Part shown: positions 37,326 to 48,740 of the stretch, in pieces | Layout of the letters: each line of letters opens with the position of its first letter | Position numbering within the stretch: the first letter of the stretch is position 1 | Assembly: GCF_006345805.1 (NCBI RefSeq) | Contig: NC_043009.1 | Coordinates: 8,804,001-8,868,000 of the forward strand | Length of the DNA stretch: 64,000 nucleotides | Direction: 5' to 3' | Origin: Octopus sinensis | Lineage: Eukaryota | Position numbers and translations under genes: made by a program | Notes under the pieces: model-generated | What the model saw: the letters and a program-made list of their open reading frames with translations, nothing else | Told to the model about the DNA's origin: nothing | The model's database searches: none

Positions 37326-38301
37326 TTTGTATGCATACAAACATACTGTTGACATTATACAGCGATCTTTCGTCACAAATATATATATATATATGTGTGT
37401 GTGTGTGTATGTATGTATATATATATCTGCGCACATTGTAGCTATTTTTGCAAACTGTTGTAGCTACACACATACTATATCACTGCATATACAAACGACA
37501 TATATATGCTATATATATATATATAATTTTCAATTGGTTTTCCCATCCTGGTATGAGCTGGATGGTGTTGTGTATGTGTGTACAGAGAGAGAGAAAGAGA
37601 TGCATCATGGAAGGTATATATGCAGGATGCATGAAAGAGAGAGGGTCTAAAGCAAGACACAGCTGCATGATGGATGGAGGGAAAAGCGTGTTGCATTGTG
37701 GGCCGAGCAACCCAGCTCTTCGCCTCGCAGCACCCAGTACTGATGGAGGGAGAGAAATGCTGTCGGGAGATGCTGAAATTCTTGTGATCTCCAGTCGACA
37801 GCTGACGATGGGAGTGTCCCACAGTGCAAGCTGTATGGAACATCATAAATGATGGACTCTCCCGCCGATCCATTTCGATATTGGCGACCGACTCCTTGTT
37901 AACAAACGAATTGACTGGAGGATTCCACAGATTCGTGTACCTTTTAAGTAGAATCAGTGGGATATGGCTGGATGTTTGAATTGAGGTCCATACGATTGAG
38001 CTTCTATACGATTTCCGAATTAAATCACAAGATTACGCCGATCCGAGGTCACGGTAGAAGCGCTTGCTCCAGGTGCCACACAATGAAATCGAACCCAGAA
38101 CGTTCGTGTTCGTCAAGTGAACCTCTTAACATAGTTATGCCTGCCTACTATATATATATATATATCATTGTTGTTGTTATTCTACATAACTGACATAAGG
38201 GCATAGAGAATTTCATGCATCGCACAAGAATCCCTGGACCCTTCCTTGAGTTACTTAATTTTACAACCAAATAAAAAAAATAAAAAAAAGAGACATATAT
38301 A

Positions 38302-38523
38302 CGAGCTGGCAGAATCGTTAGCACGTCGGGTTAAATGCTTAGCGGTATTTCGTCTGCCGCTACGTTCTGAGTTCAAATTCCGCCGAGGTCGACTTTGCCT
38401 TTCATCCTTTCGGGGTCGATAAATAAAGTACCAGTTTCGCACTGGGGTCGTTGTAATCGACTTAATCCCTTTGTCTGTCCTTGTTTGTCCCCCTCTATGT
38501 TTAGCCCCTTGTGGGCAATAAAG

Positions 38524-38527
<4 letters not shown>
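38302..38527 (+). mobile_element. SINE-A, full length (tRNA head, Meta-like central domain, AATAAA tail)
   Basis: gagctggcagaatcgttagc..gttctgagttcaaattccgccgaggtcgactttgcctttcatcctttcggggtcgataaa..gcaataaagaaat. The Meta-SINE similarity is from memory. Confidence 0.9.
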
Positions 38528-38594
<67 letters not shown>

Positions 38595-40689
38595 GTGAGA
38601 TTGAAGGAGGGAGAGGCGCGCGCGCAGATTCATATAAAACCTCAGTCGCTGTGTTTATAACAATCTGTTTACATACTCTACTGGAGATAAACATGGCTAT
38701 AACTGCGTGTATATATACATACACACATACACACACACATATATATATACAGCTACAGCTGAATGTGAACTGCAAGTAACTGTTTATACAGCTGTATGTG
38801 TACGTTGGTGCGTGTGTGTGTATGTCCACATATGTGTGCGCGCGTGTGTGTGTGTGTGGCTAGAAACGTATGCGCGCGTGCGCGTGTCGACCATACAAAT
38901 GTGTACTTGGTACCACTGGGTATGTGCACTTTACTGGCGAACATGTTTTCTTCATCTGGTTGTGTGTATGCTCCGCTTTTGCACTCCTCGACCATGTAAG
39001 ATGCTACATGAGAAAATGTTCGTGCACTTTCACGTATGAAATTCTAGGAATAGTGGACAATTACAGAGTGAAAGTGCGATTAATTTAGACACTGCGAAAT
39101 ATGTAACGAGGGAGTATATATATATGTATATATATATATATAATGAAAATTATATGATCTTAAATGATTCCTAATCATTATTATTATTATTATTTTTCTT
39201 TCCGTATTTTTGCTAACATTTCCATCAGTTCAAATATACGACTACCTTCGAATCACATCTTTTAATGTGTATTAGTAGTCAGGAACAAATACACACACAC
39301 GAATAAGTTATAGATAAACGTATGTATAAATTCAAACATACAAATAAACATATGTATACGTATATGTATACACATATCCTTATATATATATGTGTGTGTG
39401 TATACACATATATATTATATATATATATGTATACATATATATATGTATGTATACATATATATGTGTATGTATACATATATATGTGTGTGAAGGATCGTCT
39501 TCATACATCCGCTTTCCATGGGTTGAGAAAATATATTCAGGGTGATGTTCACCTAAAACGAACGGCTCTGAACTATTTGCCTTCAGAACCCCTTTGATTT
39601 CTGTTTTACTCTCCTGCATCACACACACACACACGTAAAGAAAAATCCTATTACATTTTCATGATTAAATATTATTAGGAAATGTCTAACAAAAATTGTT
39701 TAAAATGCTTTGCGCATTATAGAAGTATAACCATAAGCTTTAACAACAAAACCTTATATGGACACCGCCACCACCACCACTACCAAGGGTCATATGGTTC
39801 AGATCCACTGACCTAGGCCAACTCGAAGACCCTATCCTGCTGGGGTGTTTCATTTTTATCACGGTTTCTATAGTTGGATGGCCTTGCTAACAACACCCCC
39901 ACCCATTTATTATTTTCGTAGTATCAACAATGGTTATATTGCACTGCCTCGGATACAAACGAAAGGGATCTCCTTGACCTCGACGTCTTTGCTCGGCCAA
40001 CAACGCCTCTCGTAAAACGACTGCGAGAAGTCATCGGAGTAATGAGTGATGGGTGTACTCAGTATTCTGAGGCGTAGATAACATTGAAAGAGGACGGGGT
40101 AAAGACAGGAGATGGCAACGTGACCCAAGAGATTGAGTTAGGAGGTGGGGAGACAGAAAGAGCCCGGAAGTGTGAGTGAAAAGTAAGCAAGAGAATACGA
40201 TGGCGTGAATGGGGTTTACTGACTGTACAAAAGTGGGGAGTGAAGGCAAAAAAGCAAAAAAATGCACAGGGCATAATAGGCCCTACTTGATATTTGTATA
40301 AATAGACCTCTGCATGGCAGGAACAGTTAAAAACGATAAGGATAATCATGGCGGGGTTGAGTACATGAATCTGTCCCAGGTTCATAAATGGTGTAAATAA
40401 TAGAGTTGAGTGATAGGGATGTGAGTGACAGAAAAGAATAATGTGAGAGTGATGAGGGGGTTAAGCAAGAGGGAAGCGTGCGTGTGTGTGTGTGTGTGTG
40501 TGCGTCCATATATATTACACTACCATATAAATACAAATAAACACAATCTGTATACATGAGAGAGACATAGACACATATATAGTGTATATATAAGTGGGTG
40601 CGTGTGTATAAAAACATCTTCACTCACAAACATAAATAAATGGATCTCAGTAGAAATTATTCACTGTGAATTTTTAGATGTTCAATAAA

Positions 40690-41000
40690 CAGAACGACTC
40701 GGGTTCAGTCCACAGCATGGCACCTTAAGCAAGTGTTTTACTCCACAGCCTCGGGCCAACCAAAGCCTTGTGAGTGTGTGTGTGTGTGTGTCTTCATGCC
40801 TGTGTTTGTCATCCACCACCACTTGACAACCTAAGTTGGTGTGTTTACATCCCTGTAACTTAGTGGTTCAGCAAAAAGAGCCCCAAGGTTTTAAAAAGTA
40901 TAAGTACCGGGGTTGATTTATTTGACTAAAAATTCATCAAGGCAGTGCCCCAGCATGGCCACAGTCTAACAACTGAAACCAGTGAAAGAGAAAAGATATT
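40690..41000 (+). mobile_element. SINE-B with an internal deletion
   Basis: B head joined directly to (GT)n and the B tail. Confidence 0.8.
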
Positions 41001-41463
41001 TATTTAATCATACACATCAATATATTTATGTAAATATATCAACATCATTTTCATCTGGCGTCCACATTTCATGGATCAAACAGAATTTGTTGACAGATTT
41101 TCTATGACAGGATGCCCTTCCTGTCACCAACCTTCATCTGTTTTGAAGCAAAATATCATTTTTTGTAGAAGACTGGTTGGTAACAAACAACCTCACTTGC
41201 ATGGCAACGCTTTTTTTTACAACCATCACATTAAACAAGGGTATGCACAAACACACACACATATATGAATATCAGATGGGCTTCTTTCAGTTTCCATTTA
41301 CCAAATCCACTCACAAGGTTTGGTCGGTCCAGGGCTAGAAGACACTTGCTCAAGGTACTTTGCACAGCGGGACTGAACCCCAGAATGCATGGTTATCAAC
41401 CACACAGTCACACCTATATAATTATATAGCTATAAATCTATAAATTCAAATATACATACATGA

Positions 41464-41502
<39 letters not shown>

Positions 41503-41824
41503 TATGAGTGTGCACACTCGCATGTACATGTCCCTATATGTTAGTTTACATCTACACTTCTCTGAAAATCTCTCAGCTACAAACACCGACTCTTATCATT
41601 TCCCTTGTCAATAAATCATCTGATGGCTTTGAAACTTTAAGTACAGGTGGAATCAGAGAATCCCAACTTGAAAATCAGGTATGGGTTAGTGACAGGCAGG
41701 GAATCCACCCATAATGCAATGCTTCATTATGTATTCATCTAACTCATGCTAGCAAGAGCAATGTGGATGTAAAATGAAAGAACAAATATGAATAAATATG
41801 TATATATATACACGTGTGTGTGTG

Positions 41825-42170
41825 TGTGTGGTAAGTTTGCTCTCCAACCATAAGGTTTTAGGTTCATTCTCACTGCATGACAACTTGAGTAATTGATTTC
41901 TATTATGGCCCCAGGCTGATCAGAGGCTTGTGAATGAATCTGACAGATAGAAACTGAAAAAAGTCTCCTTGCTTTGGCATCACGTGATAGTTGCAACTGA
42001 ATATCACCGTCATACAAGTGGTGTCCATTTTCAGCCTTTTGTGAAAACGTGTCTGATTCTGGGGAGGAAATATTGCCATCTTTGGAAACAGGTGAGTGTT
42101 GGTAATGGGAAGGGCACCTGGCCATAGAAAAGCCACCTGACTCGTGAAAGCATGGAAAAGTAGGCATTAA
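41825..42170 (+). mobile_element. SINE-G, degenerate, near full length
   Basis: B-type head, ttggcatcacgtgatagttg body, RTE-like tail gggaagggcacctggccatagaaa..gcatggaaaagt. Confidence 0.75.
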
Positions 42171-42369
42171 AATTATGAAAAATTATTTATATACATACAC
42201 ACATCATCATTTAACATCTGCCTTCCATGCTGGCATGGGTTGAAGGAAGACTACACCAGGTTCCTGGGTCCATTTTGGCATGGTTTTTATGGTTGGATGC
42301 CCTTCCTTAACACCAACCACCCAACAGAGTGAACTGAGGGCTTTTTCACACACACACACCCACACATAC

Positions 42370-42692
42370 TGTGATGGTGCATGTCCTAGTGGTTCCGATA
42401 CTTAGCTCATGATCATAAAGTTATGATTTCAATAGCCAGTGTTGTGTCATATCCTTCAGCAAGACACTCTATTTCATGCTACACCAGTTCATTCTGTTGT
42501 CAAAAAGGTGTTATACCTATGATTCAAGGGGCCAACCATGTCACATTCTCTGTTGCACTGAATTTCCCTGAGAACTACATTAAGAGTACGTGTCTGTGGA
42601 GCACTCAGCCACTTGCACATTAATTTCACAAGCTTGCTGTTCTGTTGATCGAATCAACTGAAACCCTCCTCGTCATAACCGACAGAGTGCCA
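42370..42692 (+). mobile_element. SINE-I head joined to the SINE-D tail
   Basis: CORE-like ccttcagcaagacactctatttc followed by the D tail gtctgtggagcactcagccacttgcac..gagtgcca. A second example lies at about 45500-45805. Confidence 0.75.
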
Positions 42693-43864
42693 TATATGTA
42701 TACATACGTAGACACATTTTAAGGTGTGCTATATTTTTAGAAAGGTTACCTTACTTTTCACCTGGTCAACAAGTCACCAGAAACTTGTTCATGTCAAATC
42801 TCAAGCCAGTTGAACCATTTTTAGATTCCTACAGGTGGAAGCAAAATTTTGAGCTCCCACAAAGGGACAAATTTTATCTATTTTTTTTCTACATATTTTT
42901 AACCACTTATTTTTATTTTGTTTGTTGCATTTCAAGCATACGGTCATCGACCCTTACTTGTTTCCAAGCAAGGTTATATTCCGCCCCCACCCACCCAACT
43001 GGACATGTTTTCATGAAAGATTGGAAATGAATGATGCTGAGTATATGATAGTGACATTCATTTACAATTATCACACAATGTCAGGGTGAGAAGATGCATG
43101 CTCACACACACACACGACAGGGTTATTTTTTTCAGTTTCTATCAAATCCACTCACAAGACTTTGGTCAGCCCAAGATTGTACTAGAAGACACTTGTCCAA
43201 GATGCCAAGCAGTGAGACTGAATCCAAACTTCTTAACTACAAATGGTTATGACTGCACCTCTACTATATAACACCACCATTTTATGTATAGCAGAATAGT
43301 CATAAGATTTAATTGTAAAAAATAATCATACCAGACTAGGGACAAATCATTTGATTAAAAATTCTTCAAGGTGGTGCCTCAGCATAGCTGCTATCTAAAG
43401 CCTGGAACAAGTAAAAGATAAAAGATCCAAGATGCAATTTTTTATGAATATGAACATGCTTCCTCCCATGGTTACGGCTACCATGGGAAGCATCGTCCCA
43501 AAGGCTGATAATATATTCTATTTTTAATACATTGACACCACCAAATATCTAAACGCCATGACAACATAAACTAAACTTTATAGGCAACACTTGGTATGTT
43601 TTTCGAAAAATCTTCACTGATTATCTGAAGATATTCTATGACATCATTGGTTATCAATCAGGGCCCACATGACCCTTGGAGGACCAACATAAAATTTTGT
43701 TGTTAAAGTCTATGTGCAATAAGAGGATTACACTCCTAACATACACAAATTATTTTCTTTTTTCTTTTACTTGTTTCAGCCATTAGACTGCGGCCATGCT
43801 GTAACATCACCTTGAAGAATTTTTAGTCAACTGAATCAATCCCAGAACTATATTTTAAGCCTGT

Positions 43865-44065
43865 AAGGCGGCAAGCTGGCAGAATCGTTAGCACGTCAGG
43901 CGAAATGCTTAGCAGTATTTCATCTGCCGCTACATTCTGAGTTCAAATTCCGCCGAGGTTGACTTTGCCTCTCATCCTTTCGGGGTTGATATAATCGACC
44001 TAATCCGTTTGTCTGTCCTTGTTTGTCCCCTCTGTGTGTAGCCCCTTGTGGGCAATAAAGAAACG
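43865..44065 (+). mobile_element. SINE-A inserted into a minus-strand SINE-B, 16-bp TSD
   Basis: Perfect TSD tatattttaagcctgt at 43849-43864 and 44066-44081. Internal deletion between the two ggggtcgat direct repeats. Confidence 0.9.
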
Positions 44066-46254
44066 TATATTTTAAGCCTGTTACTTATTCTATTGGTTTC
44101 ATTTGACAAAACAACCAAGCTACAGGAACGTAAACACACCAACACCAGTATCAAGTGGCAGCAGTGGACAAACAGACACAAAGTCACACACGTATATATG
44201 GTGGGCTTCTTCAGTTTCTCTCTATCAAATCTACATGCAAGGCTTCAATCAACCTAAGACTAAACAGAACCCACTTCCCAAAGTGCTGAACCAACAATTT
44301 TTTTCACACATTTTCTAACAATATTTAATTAGAAAAATTTAACAGCATTTTTAAAACATCAAATGGTTTTGAGGATACATTTGAGTAAAATAAGAATCAA
44401 AGACATCCATCGGTAAAAGAAAATGGTTCAGAACCAATGTACTACAGACTTCAAAACCCTTCATAAAGGTGATGATTAGAGGCAAGCCAAATAACTTTTC
44501 AAATCAAGCTGTTCCTCAAGAAATTTACAAGCACCAGTCTTGTCCATAATTTGAGTGAGTTGCTTTCAAAACTAATGCCATACTACAATCTCCAGTGTAC
44601 TATTCTTCCACTGTTGTTTCAATCACCTTTACCTGCAGAGCAAGAATTTTCAGTCACAAATACGATTAACAGACCAACATTTTCTACATGGGGGTCAACT
44701 TGTGACAATAACAGTCAGTCGTTTTGCTGGCTTTCCTTTTAAATCATGTATAAGATTCAAGTTCCAGTGCATGATTGAGAATGATGGAATATCAAAACCA
44801 TTCTTTCTTTTTCTTTTTCTGTATTTCTCTTAACAATGGAACATGAACATTCAGTCATACAAACACACACATGTATAAGGGATTTCTGCAGCTTCTCTCC
44901 ATCAAAAATCTCTCATATGGTATTGGTCAGCCAGGTGCTATAGTAGATACTTACCCAAGTTTCCACACCACACATACTTATAGGTATGTATATATTTATG
45001 AATGTGTATGTATGTATTATATATAGTTCGGTATATAATACGTTGGGGATATGCTAAGCTGGTCTCTTTCAACAACAAAGCACAACTCATATCAAAGAAA
45101 CATCAGTGCACCATATTCACTTATGAGCAACACTCAACTAGAACCCACACAATCACACTCATTGTCAGGTCTTACAATCATTGAGAATCTCTTCTGGTGA
45201 AAACACATCCTTAACATTGCTAGGACCACATCCCAATAAGTGAACCTTCCTTTCGAAAGCAGAACATACCTCAGCTCACACCCCCAACGATTATTGATAC
45301 TCTACAAAACCCACATAAGAATATTGTGTTGGTTGGTCCATGGCTGTAGCAAAGGTCACTAGCTAGCAACACCACCGATGGAAATGACCCTTGAATCAGG
45401 TGATACCAAAGTGAATTTCTTAACCACACAATTATACCTTCACCAACCCGCATATATATATATATAGACAGATAGTTAAAGATGGACAAGGCATTGTCAT
45501 TTTAACCAATCTGTATGAATACAGCTCACGATTGTAAGGTTCTGTGTTCAATTCGTGGCAGTGCTTTGTGCCTTCAGCAAGACATTTTATTTCACATTGC
45601 TCCAATCCACTCAGCTGGCAGAAATGAGTCGTACCTGTATTTCAAAGGGCCAACCTTGTCCCATTCTCTGTTACACCGAATCTTCCTGAAAACCATGTTA
45701 TGGGTAAAACAGGTCTGTGGAGTGCTCAGCCACTTGCATGTTAATATGATGAGCAGGCCGTTGATTGGAACTGGAACACTCATCGTTGTAACCAACAGAG
45801 TGTCAGTATATACCACCATCATCATCGTTTAACATCCATCTTTGCATGCTTGCATGGACTAGACAGATTCTCTCCAGTCTTGTGTTCATCCTGTCACCAT
45901 CCTTCACCTGTTTCCAAGCAAAGTCCTTAAAAAAATGAACCACACAATGGCTGGAGATGTGTTCAAGGATGATTGTAAACGAACAATAATTGTATGATAG
46001 AGACATTTGTCCAGAATTAACATGCAATGCTCAAGACAAAGAACACAGACAAACACACTGACACATGATAGGCTTCTTTTTAGTTTCCATCTACAAAATC
46101 CACTGACAAAGCTTTCATCAGCTGGAGACTGGTAGAAGACACTTGCCCAAGGTGCTGCGCAGTGGGACTGAACCTGTAAACCACATAGTTGTAAAGCAAA
46201 CTTCTTAACCACACATCAAAATATATACTTTATATATATATTATATATATATAT

Positions 46255-46391
46255 AAAATTATAAATTAGGGTATCTACGAGATACCACCATGCTGAAAAT
46301 AGCAGTCACGATCTGACTCTAAAACCACCTTAATTGTCCATATCATGGTACAGCATGGTGGTATCTCATAGATACCCTAATTTATAATTTT
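46255..46391. repeat. Inverted repeat: 41-bp arms, 55-nt spacer
   Basis: aaaattataaattagggtatctacgagataccaccatgctg against its reverse complement at 46351-46391; 1 mismatch. Confidence 0.9.
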
Positions 46392-48059
46392 AAATAATTA
46401 TTACCTTTGAAGGTTGTTTTTTCCATGCTGGCCACTTGATAAAATCGCTATTTTATTTTAAATTAACGATCTTATCCTTATTTTTATATATATATATATA
46501 CTTACATATGCTTTGCAATGATAGTTTTCTGTTCAGTCCTACCTTGGGTAAATGTCTTATGGGTAAATTTGTGAACGGAAGCTGTATGGAGCTGTGACAT
46601 ATGTAGGCATGTGTGTTTACATCAATATTCCATGTTTTCACTTGTCACCATTAGAGAGAAAGTGTTATGTTCATATGTTCACATAGACATTACAGCCTGC
46701 CGCTCTGCACTCTCAAAGACCGATAGGACAGAAAAAAATCCCTTGGGTTGGGGACTAGAAGAGCATCTGATTGCAAATCTGCCAAATACACACACATTTG
46801 CATTTAAATGCGTACACACGTCCTGTGAGTGAATTTGGTAACTATGCGGAGACCTATTAAATGTGTGTACATATGTATTTATATACATATAACAGGCTTC
46901 TGTAGAGTTGCTCTTTAGTGAATTCATGCACAAAACATTGCTCAAAGACATTTGCCAAAGGTGCTGTACAGTGGGATAAAACTGAAAGCCACATGGTAAC
47001 GAAGCAAATTTCTTAACCACACAGATCAAAGCCTTGTGGGTGGATCTGATAGACAGAAACTGAAAGAAGTCCATATGTATCAATATATGTGAGTGTGTGC
47101 ATGTTTGTATCTCTGGTCTGACACTGTGTGGTAGTTGTAAATGAGTGTCACTGTTATACAAGCAGTGTCATTCATTTTTAATATTCAGTGAAAACAAGCT
47201 TGGCTGTGGGAAAATATTGCCTTGCTTTCGGAAACAAGTGAGGGTAGACTATAGGAAGGGGCATCTGGCCATAGAAAATCTGCCTCAATAAACTCCATCT
47301 GACCGATGCAGATATGGAAATATGCACATCACACATTTATGTACCTAACAACCTTTCATCATTTTACATTTGCTTTACATACTGGATTGTGTTGGACAAG
47401 TTATCATCACTCCAGATGGACTGGAAGAGGACTACACTTGATTCATTGGATCTCATTGCTGGCCTAGTTTCTCTTTTACTTTTGACTAGGTGCCCTTCCT
47501 AATACCAACCAAAAAGCGTACAGCATACATCTTGTCCTAGTGTGAGCAGTAGAGAAGTGGTCATGTCCTTGACAAAGCTAAAGGGTAAGAGTCCTTTGAA
47601 CCCTGTGTTATTTCCGCTCGTTTGCTAACCCCTTTATTAACGGTACTGAGTACATTTTATCATGTTACCAAACACAAGTGAGACTGCATTCTGCCTCACA
47701 GGACAGAAAAAAAAAGAATGATGCTCATGTGTAATTAAGTACAGAATGTGAAGGTTGACTACAGATAAGACAAACAAGTTAAGTAAATAGAAGGGGATGA
47801 GTGCCAGAGATGAAGGGGGTTCGATAGGTCCAATGACAACCTTACACAGATAGGCAATATGGCACAGTGAACAAAATCCAATAGCATCCCTTGGTATACA
47901 AGTGACATACGACAGTGAACAGAAGAGAGGGTGAGTGACAAAAAAAAATTAAGAGGGTATCAACAACAGGTAAGGGTAGGCAGCTGATGTAGACGTACAG
48001 GCACACATTGTGCGAGGGGCCCAAATGTAGATAAACCTCCCGACCATCATCACTACCAA

Positions 48060-48345
48060 TATTTTAACATTCGTTTCACCAAGCCTACACAGGTGGGCGG
48101 GTTTTCTCCAATCACTGCAATCGTTTGCCATCTCCTCCATGAGTTCAACATCCTATAATCAATTTTCACCGCTTCATCCCACGTCTTCCGGAGTCTCCCT
48201 CTTCCACGGGTTCCATCTATTTTCTCGTACCTTGCACCTCTTCATACCACCGCCATCCTCGTTCGCATCACATGTCCATACCAACGCAGTCTTCTCCCTT
48301 GCACACAACACATCCAATTCATCTGATGCACAATTTTCCTCCTGA
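48060..48345 (-). pseudogene. RTE LINE ORF C-terminus remnant
   Basis: Minus strand, frameshifted: RRLRWYGHVMR..GTRGRGRLRKTWDEAVKID..MEEMANDCSDWR. Confidence 0.8.
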
Positions 48346-48604
48346 ACTCGTCTGTACTCATTTGTCGTTCATGCACACACATTGTAACATGTAGCCCATG
48401 TCGTTTCCGTCGGAACAGCACAGTTCCCCAACGTTAATCAGTCGTATACTGTCACACAACACTATCTCTTGTTAACAAAACCAATGATCCTTGAAATGAT
48501 AATACAGATTAGTTTACTTAATACATCTCTAGCAGGATATCTGACGAGAACTGTGATACACACGCGTATACATATACCTACAAACACAAATACATATATA
48601 AATA

Positions 48605-48740
48605 TATTTTTACTGCCCAGAAGGAGCTAAACATAGAGGGGACAAACAAGGACAGACGAAGGGATTGAGTCGATTATATCGCCCCCCAGTGCGAAACTGG
48701 TACTTTATTTATCGACCCCGAAAGGATGAAAGGTAAAGAC
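48605..48740 (-). mobile_element. SINE-A, 5'-truncated
   Basis: Reverse match to the A 3' half. Confidence 0.85.

Noticed and set aside
35864-37650. ORFs rich in YIYIYI / CVCVCV / THTHTH
   Set aside because: Translations of (TA)n and (CA)n microsatellites; the same applies to most entries in the ORF track.
38625-38650. TATA box followed by a TCAGT initiator
   Set aside because: The spacing is about 4 nt instead of about 25-30 nt.
43455-43493. Small hairpin (atgcttc..ccatggt / accatgggaagcat) and a His-rich frame EYEHASSHGYGYHGKHRPKG
   Set aside because: A 14-bp stem with a bulge is within chance in 64 kb; the frame has no start or acceptor and abuts a SINE tail.
48544-48575. Additional CUGANGA hammerhead candidates (also about 11553 and 24780)
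   Set aside because: They lack a properly placed stem II plus GAAA and stems I and III.
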